Assembly (NCBI RefSeq): GCF_002803295.2
Contig: NZ_PGGB02000002.1
Coordinates: 5,099-37,098 of the forward strand
Length of the DNA: 32,000 bases
Reading direction: 5' to 3'
From: Caedibacter taeniospiralis
Lineage (GTDB): Bacteria > Pseudomonadota > Gammaproteobacteria > Francisellales > Francisellaceae
Below the pieces are notes generated by a model. It saw only the letters and a list, made by a program, of their open reading frames with translations. It did not search any database and was not told the origin of the DNA. Shown piece after piece: positions 18,686 through 27,353 of the stretch. Made by a program: the position numbers and the translations under genes. Positions within the stretch are counted from its first letter, which is position 1; each line of letters begins with the position of its first letter.

Positions 18686-21600
18686 TCAGCCAACAAATTT
18701 TGAATGCGCTTCTGCCTGTTTTGTTTTTAAATAAAGCGTATCAATAAAATCATGTACAAAGGCAATACGCTCTTTGGCTTGTGGTAATGCCTTTTTGATC
18801 ATAAGTTTCTGATCCTGACCTAATTGAAAGTCCTGAGGCTTCATTTGCACAAGCTTAATCAAATGAATGGGATCAAAAGTAAGTGGCGTGACAAAAATGA
18901 TTTTTCCACCTGCTGAGTGCATTTCAATTTTTTGAATACCCACAAGGGTGGCGCTAAGCTTTAAGTGGGTAATATCAAATAAATATTGCGCATATTCAGG
19001 CAACAAGCCAAAACGATCGATGACTTCAATTTTGATAGTATCAAGCTCATTGTGCGTTTGCGCGCTTGAAATTCGCTTATAAAGTCCTAAGCGCACATGT
19101 ACGTCAAAGATATATTCCTCGGGGAAAAGGGTGGGGATACGTAGCTCAATCTGGGCATCAGTTTGGAATGACTGGTTTATTTTAGTTGCATCAAAGCTTT
19201 CACCTCTTTGTAACGCTGAAATGGTTTTTTGCAGCAAGTCCATATAGAGGTTGAAACCAATGCCTTGCATATTGCCGCTTTGCTCTTTTCCAAGCATTTC
19301 TCCAGCCCCTCTGATTTCTAAATCATGATTGGCCAGCAGATAACCACCCCCTAAAGATGCGGTTTCTAAAATAGCCTCCAAACGCTTTTTAGCATCTTTA
19401 GCCAGAGAGGCTTCTGGTGGAGTTAATAAGTACGCATACGCTTGATGATGTGAGCGACCAACACGACCGCGTAATTGATGCAGTTGCGCAAGACCAAAAC
19501 TATCCGCGCGTTCAATAACGATGGTATTGACGTTAGCAATATCAATGCCTGTTTCAATGATCGTGGTGCAAAGCAGGATTTGGTAGCGATTCTGTTGAAA
19601 CTCAAACATGATTTTCTCAAGTTCGCGTTCGCGCATTTGCCCATGTGCTACGGCGATATTAATCTCAGGAAAAATCTGGCGTAACTGTTCTGCTTTATCA
19701 TAAATGGTACTGACACTGTTATGCAGATAATACACTTGTCCGCCACGAAGCATCTCCCGCATTACCGCTTCTTTGATAATGCTATTGTTGTATTGCTTGA
19801 CAAAAGTTTTTACAGAAAGTCGCTTAGCTGGTGGGGTTGCAATGATTGATAAGTCACGAATATTGGAAAATGCCATATTCAAGGTGCGTGGGATTGGTGT
19901 TGCTGTCATGGTGAGAATATCGATGTTAGTCCGCATAGCCTTCATTTTTTCTTTGTGTGTAACACCAAAACGGTGTTCCTCATCGATAATCAGAAGTCCT
20001 AAGTTATGGAATTTGATTTTATCGGACAAGAGTTTATGCGTACCGATCACTATATCAATCGTTCCATTATTAATCCGCGTGATCGCTTCATTTTGTTCTT
20101 TGCTGGTCTTAAAGCGCGATAAGACCTCAACACTGGCCCCCATTTCATTAAAGCGGTCACTAAAATTATCAAAATGCTGTTGTGCCAAGAGTGTTGTTGG
20201 CGCAAGGACGGCAACTTGTTTGTTGTTGCTTACCGCAATAAACGCCGCACGCATAGCAACTTCTGTTTTCCCAAAGCCAACATCGCCGCAAACCAGGCGA
20301 TCCATGGGCTTTTCAGCAATCATGTCTTTGATGACATCATTAATGGCAAGCGCTTGATCAGGGGTTTCTTCAAAGGGAAAACCTTCACAAAAACCGAGGT
20401 ATTCCTTCTCATTGAAAATATTGCCATAGCCTTTTTTAAGCGCACGTTGTGCGTAAATAGCAAGAAGATCAGCCGCAACATCATTGATTTTTCTGGCAGC
20501 TTTTTCCTTTTCCTTTTCCCAGGTATCGCTGCCAAGTTTGCTGACAGGTGCATGCTCAAGCTCAGTACCACTATAACGACTGACAAGGTGAAGCGCGTAA
20601 ATAGGCACATAAAGTTTCTCATCATTTTTAAACAAAAGTGTTAAGAACTCGGTTTCCTGGGTTCCAAGATCAAGCCTGGTCAAGCCATCAAAGCGTGCAA
20701 TGCCATGTTCAATATGAACAACAGGGCTTCCCAGGCTAAGCTCAGATAAATCTTTGAGTGCAACAGTGGGAAGCGCTTCATGGACCTCCTTTTTATGCGT
20801 GCGCAGAGGTAATGCGCTGTGATTAGCAAAGAGATCAAACTCGGTAATAATCAGCTGATCCTCATTAACAATAATCCCCTGGGAGAAAGGCGCTATGGTG
20901 ATTGCGATGCGATGTTTTGATGTGACTGCCTCGCTGAAATGGCTAAAGCTTTGCGCTGTGAGTTTCAGCTTGTTGAGATTTTCATGGAGTAATGCTTTTC
21001 TGCCCGCGCTTTCGGAGCAGAAAATTATTTTTTTAAAGGAGCTCTTAGCAAGTAAATCCAGTAATTTTTGATAAGGTTCTTTATATTGGTAGTGAACATG
21101 AAGATCGGGCAAGTTTTTGACATTAAGCGTATTTGCCTTTGATTTTTCTTGTGCTAACCATTTGATATGACTGAAGTTTTTGGTTGCAGCATTAAATTCT
21201 ATCGGAGATAAAAAGACGCATTGTGGGGGTAAAATTGGACGCTCGGGATCATGTGCAAGCTGATCGTGGCGTGTCATGATGTCCCGATAATAAAGCTCTA
21301 CAGTATGCTGGCAATCATAGATATTATGCACGATAGTACCACTATTTAAGTAATCAAATATCGTGCTGAGCTTCGGATAAAATAAAGGCAGATAAAATTC
21401 AATGCCATTAATGGTTCTACCTTTGATAATTTGTTGGTATATCAGATTTTGCGTATCTGTTTGGGGTAGCAGCTCAAGCCAGTTTTGCGCAAAACAATCG
21501 AGTGTTTGCTTATCAAGGATGAACTCCTGTGTTGGCAATATTTCGACTTTGTCAATGCGGTTATGAGAGCGTTGCGTTTCCAGATCAATGCTGCGAATAC

Positions 21601-22153
21601 TGTCGACTTCATCATCGAACAAATCAATGCGATAAGCCTCATCTGATCCCATGGGAAAAATATCTAAAATGCTGCCACGTACACTAAACTCACCACGCGA
21701 AATCACCTGAGAAACATTTTGATAGCCCGCTAACTCCAATTGGCGTTTTTTCTCTGTAAGCTCAAGCTTATCTCCTTTTTGAATCATAAACGCATGAGAG
21801 ACTAAAAAGCTTGGTGGCGGAAGGTATTTTAATATGGTGTTAGCGCTAGCGATAACTACGGCATTAGGGTGATTTTGCAACTGATTAAGGGTATTTAAAC
21901 GCGAAGAAATGATATCTTCACTTGCGGAGAAGTGGTCAAATGGCAGAATTTCAAGATCGGCAAAATGAAGTATCGTCTGGTTTCGGAGTAGAAAGCCAAG
22001 TTCATTATGCAGTTGAAGCGCTAATTGGGCATTTTCACAAATGAGCAGATGAGTTTGTGTATGCTGTGATATATATTCACTTAGGACTAAAGAAAGGGCG
22101 GTTGGAATAGCATTGGCATAAATATCGCGTACGCCTTGTGGCAAAATTTGCAT
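18686..22153 (-). CDS. mfd: Transcription-repair coupling factor Mfd
   Basis: 1155 aa. RLVCGDVGFGKTEVAMRAAFIAV, LAPTTLLAQQH, IIDEEHRFGVTHKEKMK, LTMTATPIPRTLNMAF, GRVGRSHHQAYAYLL. Confidence 0.98.
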   Translation of the reverse strand: MQILPQGVRDIYANAIPTALSLVLSEYISQHTQTHLLICENAQLALQLHNELGFLLRNQTILHFADLEILPFDHFSASEDIISSRLNTLNQLQNHPNAVVIASANTILKYLPPPSFLVSHAFMIQKGDKLELTEKKRQLELAGYQNVSQVISRGEFSVRGSILDIFPMGSDEAYRIDLFDDEVDSIRSIDLETQRSHNRIDKVEILPTQEFILDKQTLDCFAQNWLELLPQTDTQNLIYQQIIKGRTINGIEFYLPLFYPKLSTIFDYLNSGTIVHNIYDCQHTVELYYRDIMTRHDQLAHDPERPILPPQCVFLSPIEFNAATKNFSHIKWLAQEKSKANTLNVKNLPDLHVHYQYKEPYQKLLDLLAKSSFKKIIFCSESAGRKALLHENLNKLKLTAQSFSHFSEAVTSKHRIAITIAPFSQGIIVNEDQLIITEFDLFANHSALPLRTHKKEVHEALPTVALKDLSELSLGSPVVHIEHGIARFDGLTRLDLGTQETEFLTLLFKNDEKLYVPIYALHLVSRYSGTELEHAPVSKLGSDTWEKEKEKAARKINDVAADLLAIYAQRALKKGYGNIFNEKEYLGFCEGFPFEETPDQALAINDVIKDMIAEKPMDRLVCGDVGFGKTEVAMRAAFIAVSNNKQVAVLAPTTLLAQQHFDNFSDRFNEMGASVEVLSRFKTSKEQNEAITRINNGTIDIVIGTHKLLSDKIKFHNLGLLIIDEEHRFGVTHKEKMKAMRTNIDILTMTATPIPRTLNMAFSNIRDLSIIATPPAKRLSVKTFVKQYNNSIIKEAVMREMLRGGQVYYLHNSVSTIYDKAEQLRQIFPEINIAVAHGQMRERELEKIMFEFQQNRYQILLCTTIIETGIDIANVNTIVIERADSFGLAQLHQLRGRVGRSHHQAYAYLLTPPEASLAKDAKKRLEAILETASLGGGYLLANHDLEIRGAGEMLGKEQSGNMQGIGFNLYMDLLQKTISALQRGESFDATKINQSFQTDAQIELRIPTLFPEEYIFDVHVRLGLYKRISSAQTHNELDTIKIEVIDRFGLLPEYAQYLFDITHLKLSATLVGIQKIEMHSAGGKIIFVTPLTFDPIHLIKLVQMKPQDFQLGQDQKLMIKKALPQAKERIAFVHDFIDTLYLKTKQAEAHSKFVG

Positions 22154-22216
22154 AAGGGTTAGTGAAAGCTTAATTATCGTGTGCCTAGTCTATACCACTG
22201 AATTAACAGATTCTAG

Positions 22217-22276
22217 TCATTGTGCCGTGTATCCGCCATCGATGGCAATCTGACTGCCTAGAATAACTGGAGTTAC
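22217..22276 (-). pseudogene. 3'-terminal remnant of a short-chain dehydrogenase/reductase gene
   Basis: Minus-strand translation V-T-P-V-I-L-G-S-Q-I-A-I-D-G-G-Y-T-A-Q-stop matches the classic SDR C-terminus (...GSxIxIDGGYTA). An in-frame stop lies immediately upstream and no other SDR sequence is visible. Confidence 0.6.
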
Positions 22277-22446
22277 CTAAATGTGTATTGTTTGCCAAAT
22301 TCATCTTAAATCCAGTGACGTTAGGCAATGCAGCTTAGTCAAGTCCTTGCATGAAAATATTCAGGCAAAAAAATGCCGCCTTTGACAAAAAATGCCGTTA
22401 GAATGACGGCTATATTTTGATGATTTTTGAGTAACAAGGGGCAAAA

Positions 22447-24582
22447 ATGTCTTTGACAGAAGCAACACAAGAAATAGCTTTGCAAGCGGCATCGTTAGAT
22501 ATCTGGGATAGTAAGTATCGCTTAAAAACGCGCTTGGGCGAAGCGGTTGATGGAAAAATTGATGATGCCTATAAACGCGTGGCAAAGGCGCTTTCTGAAG
22601 TTGAAAAAACAAAAGAATTACAGCAAAAATCTTATCAAGAGTTTCTATGGGCATTAAGAAATGGAGCTATTCCTGCAGGAAGAATTATTTCCAATGCAGG
22701 TGCTTTGGAACATAAACCTGCCACCTCAACGATTAACTGCACTGTTTCTGGTACTATTTATGACTCTATGGATAACATCTTGCAAAGAGTTCATGAGTCA
22801 GGACTTACCCTTAAAGCAGGGTGTGGTATTGGCTATGAGTTTTCGACCTTAAGACCAAAAGGCGCCTTTGTTGCAGGTGCGGGGGCGCATACCTCAGGTC
22901 CCATGTCCTTTATGGATATTTATGACAAGATGTGCTTTACCGTGGCATCAGCTGGAGGCAGGCGCGGAGCACAAATGGGAACCTTTGACGTGGGGCATCC
23001 TGATGTATTGGATTTTATTCGCGCAAAACGCGAGGATGGGCGCTTGCGCCAGTTCAATCTTTCGCTGTTGATTACCAAAGATTTTATGCACGCAGTTGAG
23101 AATGATCAGATATGGTCACTGGCTTTCCCAATGTCAGCTGCTGAACAACAAGCACACAATATTGATTTAAACGACTCTACGCAGGTTCTATGGCGTGATT
23201 GGCCGATCAAAGAGGGCTATATTACCGATCCATCAGGACTTGTTGCGTGCAAAATTTACAACACGATCAAGGCGCGTAGATTGTGGGATATGATCATGTC
23301 CTCAACCTATGATTATGCTGAACCTGGGTTCATTTTGATCGACAAAGTTAATGATGACAATAACAACTGGTTTTGTGAAACTATTCGCGCCACAAATCCT
23401 TGTGGGGAGCAGCCATTACCACCTTATGGTTCTTGCCTGTTAGGCTCGGTTAATTTAACGCAATTTATTGAAAATCCATTTACAGATAGCGCAAGTTTTA
23501 ATTGGGAAAAATATCGTAAGGTTGTGCGCATTTTTACGCGCATGCTCGATAACGTCGTTGAGATTAATGGCTTACCATTGAGCGAGCAACGTCATGAGAT
23601 TGAGTCAAAACGTCGCCATGGCATGGGGTTTTTGGGCTTGGGGTCTGCTATTACCATGCTTAAAATGAAATATGGTAGTGAGACTTCCGTGGCGTTTACC
23701 GAAAAAGTTGCTAAAGAGATGGCACTGGAAGGTTGGCGCGAAGGCGTGAGGCTCTCGAAAGAAAAAGGCAGCGCTCCAGTGCTTGAGAAAGACTATACGG
23801 TGGCTCATGAGTTTTTACGCTTGCGCCCTGAAATGGCTGCTGACGGTATTAAAGCGGGTGATGTTATTAAAGGGCGTCTCTTACACGCGAAATATAGTCG
23901 TTACATGCAGCGCATTGCACAAGAGGATATTTCAATTATTGATGCCATTTGTGAGTATGGTTGTCGTTTTACGCATCATACCTCCATTGCGCCGACGGGT
24001 ACGATTTCGTTGTCTTTGGCTAATAACGTCAGTAACGGCATTGAGCCAAGTTTTGCCCATCATTATGCGCGTAATGTTATTCGTTCGGGTAAAAAAACCA
24101 AAGAAAAAGTAGATGTATTCTCATATGAGCTACTAGCCTATCGCCATTTAGTGAATAAAGAAGCGATGCCATTTGCCAAGGAGGAAGCACATAAGCTGCC
24201 TGATTATTTTATCAGTGCCGATAATGTGTCTCCAAAAGAGCATGTGGATATTCAGGCTGCCGCACAAAGATGGGTGGATTCAAGTATTTCCAAAACGGCT
24301 AATGTACCTACAGATTTCCCCTTTGCTGATTTTAAAGACATCTACCTTTATGCCTATCATCAGGGACTTAAAGGCTGCACGACGTTTAGGTTTAACCCTG
24401 AAGTTTTCCAAGGTGTGCTGGTTAAAGATGAGGATCTTGAGAAAACACTTTATCGTTTCACCCTTGAGGATGGCTCAATAGTTGAGTTAAAAGGTAATGA
24501 AATGATTGAATACGATGGTGAAGAGCACAGCGCTGCAAATCTCTATGATGCCTTGAAAGAGGGGTATTATGGGAAATTTTAA
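22447..24582 (+). CDS. nrdJ: Adenosylcobalamin-dependent (class II) ribonucleoside-diphosphate reductase, large catalytic part
   Basis: 711 aa. NGAIPAGRIISNAG, STINCTVSGTI, GLTLKAGCGIGYEFSTLRPKG, ASAGGRRGAQMGTFDVGHPDVLDFI, NPCGEQPLPPYGSCLLGSVNLTQF, APTGTISLSLANNVSNGIEPSFAHHY. Confidence 0.95.
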   Translation: MSLTEATQEIALQAASLDIWDSKYRLKTRLGEAVDGKIDDAYKRVAKALSEVEKTKELQQKSYQEFLWALRNGAIPAGRIISNAGALEHKPATSTINCTVSGTIYDSMDNILQRVHESGLTLKAGCGIGYEFSTLRPKGAFVAGAGAHTSGPMSFMDIYDKMCFTVASAGGRRGAQMGTFDVGHPDVLDFIRAKREDGRLRQFNLSLLITKDFMHAVENDQIWSLAFPMSAAEQQAHNIDLNDSTQVLWRDWPIKEGYITDPSGLVACKIYNTIKARRLWDMIMSSTYDYAEPGFILIDKVNDDNNNWFCETIRATNPCGEQPLPPYGSCLLGSVNLTQFIENPFTDSASFNWEKYRKVVRIFTRMLDNVVEINGLPLSEQRHEIESKRRHGMGFLGLGSAITMLKMKYGSETSVAFTEKVAKEMALEGWREGVRLSKEKGSAPVLEKDYTVAHEFLRLRPEMAADGIKAGDVIKGRLLHAKYSRYMQRIAQEDISIIDAICEYGCRFTHHTSIAPTGTISLSLANNVSNGIEPSFAHHYARNVIRSGKKTKEKVDVFSYELLAYRHLVNKEAMPFAKEEAHKLPDYFISADNVSPKEHVDIQAAAQRWVDSSISKTANVPTDFPFADFKDIYLYAYHQGLKGCTTFRFNPEVFQGVLVKDEDLEKTLYRFTLEDGSIVELKGNEMIEYDGEEHSAANLYDALKEGYYGKF

Positions 24583-24593
24583 GGAATACAAAA

Positions 24594-25184
24594 GTGGGTA
24601 TTAATGTATTACCTGAATATGTTCGCAGGCACTACGAAATCTATGAATATAAACATGCTTGTGCGATTCTCAAAGAGGACTTTCCAAATGAGTGGGCAGA
24701 TATAGTTTCGTTGCTGGAAGCCTTTAGGTTAAAGAAGAGCTGGATTATTCAATCTGGAGGGCGTAAATCAAAGGTTGCTGAGTATATTGACAACTATTTG
24801 TACGCCATGGGGTGGGTTGAAAAACAATTTAGCACCCAAGTAATTGTAGATGATGTGACTTATAATTCTCCGACTCACAAGGTTGACTGCTTCAAAAATA
24901 GGGTTGCATTGGAAATAGAGTGGAATAATAAAGACCCTTTTTATGATCGATATTTAAATAACTTCAGATTGTTGTTTGATCTTAAGGCTGTTAGTGTTGG
25001 AATTATTATCACTCGTTCGGACGAGTTACAGACAATATTCAATGATCTTGGGCGCGGACAATCTTATGGTGCTTCAACGACACATCTTGGCAAGCTCTTA
25101 CCAAGGATTGAGGGAGGTGGGGGTGCTGGTTGTCCGTTGCTTGTGTTTGGTATGAAAAGTAATTTGTTTGAAGAGGATATTTAG
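24594..25184 (+). CDS. BglII-like type II restriction endonuclease (GTG start)
   Basis: 196 aa. THKVDCFKNRVALEIEWNNKDPFYDRYLNNFRLLFDLKAVSVGIIITRSDEL and GASTTHLGKLLPRIEGGGGAGCPLLVFG. The D-x8-E-x-E spacing fits the PD-(D/E)xK variant of the BglII/BamHI type. A methyltransferase follows directly. Confidence 0.83.
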   Translation: MGINVLPEYVRRHYEIYEYKHACAILKEDFPNEWADIVSLLEAFRLKKSWIIQSGGRKSKVAEYIDNYLYAMGWVEKQFSTQVIVDDVTYNSPTHKVDCFKNRVALEIEWNNKDPFYDRYLNNFRLLFDLKAVSVGIIITRSDELQTIFNDLGRGQSYGASTTHLGKLLPRIEGGGGAGCPLLVFGMKSNLFEEDI

Positions 25185-25805
25185 GTGGGTGCTAAAGAAG
25201 ATTTTATGAATGAACTAAAGGGGCGAAAGTTTAAAACCATTTTAGCCGATCCTCCCTGGCAGTTTCACAATCGAACAGGTAAGGTGGCGCCAGAGCATAA
25301 AAGATTAACTCGATATCCGACTTTGGTTTTGGATGAAATTAAGAAACTTCCTGTCGTAGAGATCGCAGATGAGACTGCACATTTGTATCTATGGGTACCC
25401 AATGCGTTGCTGGCTGAGGGACTTGAAGTCATGCAAGCCTGGGGATTTACTTATAAAACCAATTTGGTGTGGTATAAGGTGCGCAAAGATGGGGGTCCTG
25501 ATCGTAGGGGCGTCGGTTTTTATTTTAGGAATGTTACGGAAGTAATATTGTTTGGTACGCGCGGAAAAAATGCACGGACTTTGCCTCCTGGGAGGAGTCA
25601 GGAAAATATTGTGTTATCAAGAAAACGCGAGCATAGTAGGAAACCTGATGAACAATATGATTTGATTGAGTCCTGCAGTGCGGGTCCTTATTTAGAGTTA
25701 TTTGCTAGGGGGGCTCGAGAGAATTGGTGTGCCTGGGGAAATCAGGTAGAAAACTACAAACCTGATTGGGATACCTATGCCAATCATTCACAGGCATCAA
25801 GGTAA
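25185..25805 (+). CDS. MT-A70 family DNA N6-adenine methyltransferase, probable cognate of the upstream endonuclease (GTG start, or the internal ATG at MNELKGRKF)
   Basis: 206 aa. KTILADPPWQFHNR, HLYLWVPNALLAEGLEVMQAWGFTYKTNLVWYK, GFYFRNVTEVILFGTRGK, CSAGPYLELFARGARENWCAWGNQ. Confidence 0.9.
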   Translation: MGAKEDFMNELKGRKFKTILADPPWQFHNRTGKVAPEHKRLTRYPTLVLDEIKKLPVVEIADETAHLYLWVPNALLAEGLEVMQAWGFTYKTNLVWYKVRKDGGPDRRGVGFYFRNVTEVILFGTRGKNARTLPPGRSQENIVLSRKREHSRKPDEQYDLIESCSAGPYLELFARGARENWCAWGNQVENYKPDWDTYANHSQASR

Positions 25806-25820
25806 CTTTGGGAGAATAAA

Positions 25821-26513
25821 ATGGCAGTAAAGATAGAGAAAAAGATCACTGGGTTTAATATTGTAAAAGCGAATGAGAAGTTGCTGGATGCCGCAACAAA
25901 GCCAGTTAAAAAAGAAAAAACGCATCTACAGATGAGTGAGAGTGTTAAGCGCCCTGAGTCACTTACGGGAGAAACCTATAAAATTAAGCCGCCTCAGGCT
26001 GAGCATGCTTTATATGTGACTATTAATGATATTGTATTAAATGAGGGAACTGAGCATGAGGTGCGTCGACCTTTTGAGATTTTCTTAAGCTCAAAAAATA
26101 TGGAGCACTTTCAGTGGACCATTGCTTTAACACTCATTATTTCAGCGGTGTTTCGCAAAGGCGGCGATGTTACTTTCCTGGTTGAAGAGTTAAGATCAGT
26201 ATTTGATCCAAATGGTGGTTATTTAAGGCGTGGTGGTAAATACGTCCCCTCGCTTGTTTCAGAAATAGGGGATGTGATCGAAAAGCATCTTAAAAAGATT
26301 GGCATGTTACCACAGGATGACTTGGATGAAACACAAAAACTCTATATTGCAGCTAAGCGTCAAGAGCTTGATGAGCGTCAACAGCCAAGTAATGATACAA
26401 GCAATAGTTTTCCGCTTGAGTCACAATTATGTGTCAAATGTAGCACCAAAGCCATGGTGAGAATGGATAACTGTTTGACCTGTCTTAATTGCGGTTATTC
26501 CAAGTGCGGTTGA
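25821..26513 (+). CDS. NrdJb-like C-terminal component of a split class II ribonucleotide reductase (TSCPD-type domain plus C-terminal cysteine-rich tail)
   Basis: 230 aa. YKIKPPQAEHALYVTINDIVLNEGTEHEVRRPFEIFLSSKNMEHFQWTIALTLIISAVFRKGGDVTFLVEELRSVFDPNGGYLRRGGKYVPSLVSEIGDVIEKHL; tail LCVKCSTKAMVRMDNCLTCLNCGYSKCG. Confidence 0.82.
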   Translation: MAVKIEKKITGFNIVKANEKLLDAATKPVKKEKTHLQMSESVKRPESLTGETYKIKPPQAEHALYVTINDIVLNEGTEHEVRRPFEIFLSSKNMEHFQWTIALTLIISAVFRKGGDVTFLVEELRSVFDPNGGYLRRGGKYVPSLVSEIGDVIEKHLKKIGMLPQDDLDETQKLYIAAKRQELDERQQPSNDTSNSFPLESQLCVKCSTKAMVRMDNCLTCLNCGYSKCG

Positions 26514-26670
26514 GTTTTTAGCTATTAGGACTCTAGGTTGGAGTGATAACTCCAGTAATAAATTGGCTGTAAAGCGCTAAAAACCATGATATTTTTGATT
26601 GACGATTAGGCGTTGTTTTGCGATGATGCCCACTTATTTTGCATATCAATACCCGAAAAAAGTTAAATTC

Positions 26671-27255
26671 ATGAAATGCTATGTGTTATGTGCTGCTTTA
26701 CTGGCTGCCAGCAGCTTAAGTCCTGCCTACGCTGATAATTCGCAGGATGCCGTTATTGGTCCTGAATCTTCAAAAAATCAAGCAACCGTTACGAACGCCT
26801 CAGCAGCAGGCACGGCAGAAGAGCAAAAAAAAAATCAGAGTTTTTGGCAGTTTTTAGAAGGAACACAGCCTGAAAATGCGGTTTACTTAGGGATGCTAAC
26901 CTGGCATTTTAACCCTGAAAGCCGAAAGGATGATCGTCGGTCGAATAATCTGATAGGTGGGGTTTATCAAAGTATTTTCGTTGGTACTCTACTCAATTCA
27001 TTCAGTGATCGCGCGTTTGTAGTCGGGGTGCAACGTAATCTGTACACCAACCAATTATCACAAAATAACCAGGTCAATGTTGGCTACCGCTTAGGGCTTA
27101 TATCTGGTTACGATGAACGGATGTCCGATATTGCCAAATATTTGCCTGTATTGCCTATTCCTGAGCTTTATGTTGATTATGCGTATAAGAACGTTGGCGC
27201 TGAATTGTCTTATATTGGGGTGGTATTTACTGCCAAGTTTTTTGTACGGTTTTAA
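26671..27255 (+). CDS. Exported, probable outer-membrane beta-barrel protein of unknown function (ORF extends upstream to 26599)
   Basis: Signal peptide MKCYVLCAALLAASSLSPAYA. Mature part has alternating-hydrophobicity strands and a terminal aromatic (YIGVVFTAKFFVRF), as in outer-membrane barrels. Confidence 0.6.
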   Translation: MKCYVLCAALLAASSLSPAYADNSQDAVIGPESSKNQATVTNASAAGTAEEQKKNQSFWQFLEGTQPENAVYLGMLTWHFNPESRKDDRRSNNLIGGVYQSIFVGTLLNSFSDRAFVVGVQRNLYTNQLSQNNQVNVGYRLGLISGYDERMSDIAKYLPVLPIPELYVDYAYKNVGAELSYIGVVFTAKFFVRF

Positions 27256-27263
27256 AGTAGATA

Positions 27264-27329
27264 TTGCTACCAGACCAAAAATGACATGTCTTTAGCGTGA
27301 AAACATGGTAGGCTTTTTGGCAGTAGCAA
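27264..27329. repeat. Long interrupted inverted repeat / stem-loop
   Basis: Three nested perfect arm pairs: TTGCTAC 27264-27270 / GTAGCAA 27323-27329; CCAAAAA 27275-27281 / TTTTTGG 27314-27320; CATGT 27285-27289 / ACATG 27303-27307. Confidence 0.7.
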
Positions 27330-27353
27330 AAGTGTGGTAATAACACGTACCCA

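Noticed and set aside
19773-20644. Plus-strand ORFs of 194 and 156 codons (19773-20357, 20174-20644)
   Set aside because: They lie entirely antisense to the highly conserved helicase region of mfd and show shadow-ORF composition with no recognisable motif.
22280-22446. Cobalamin riboswitch upstream of the B12-dependent reductase
   Set aside because: The gap is short, and no B12-box-like GCCACTG sequence or matching architecture could be recognised. A cmscan would be decisive.
22361-24112. ORFs overlapping nrdJ in other frames (22361-22654 -, 22661-22852 +, 22868-23071 +, 23605-23808 -, 23783-24112 +)
   Set aside because: They overlap well-supported NrdJ coding sequence and have low-complexity, cysteine/arginine-rich shadow translations.
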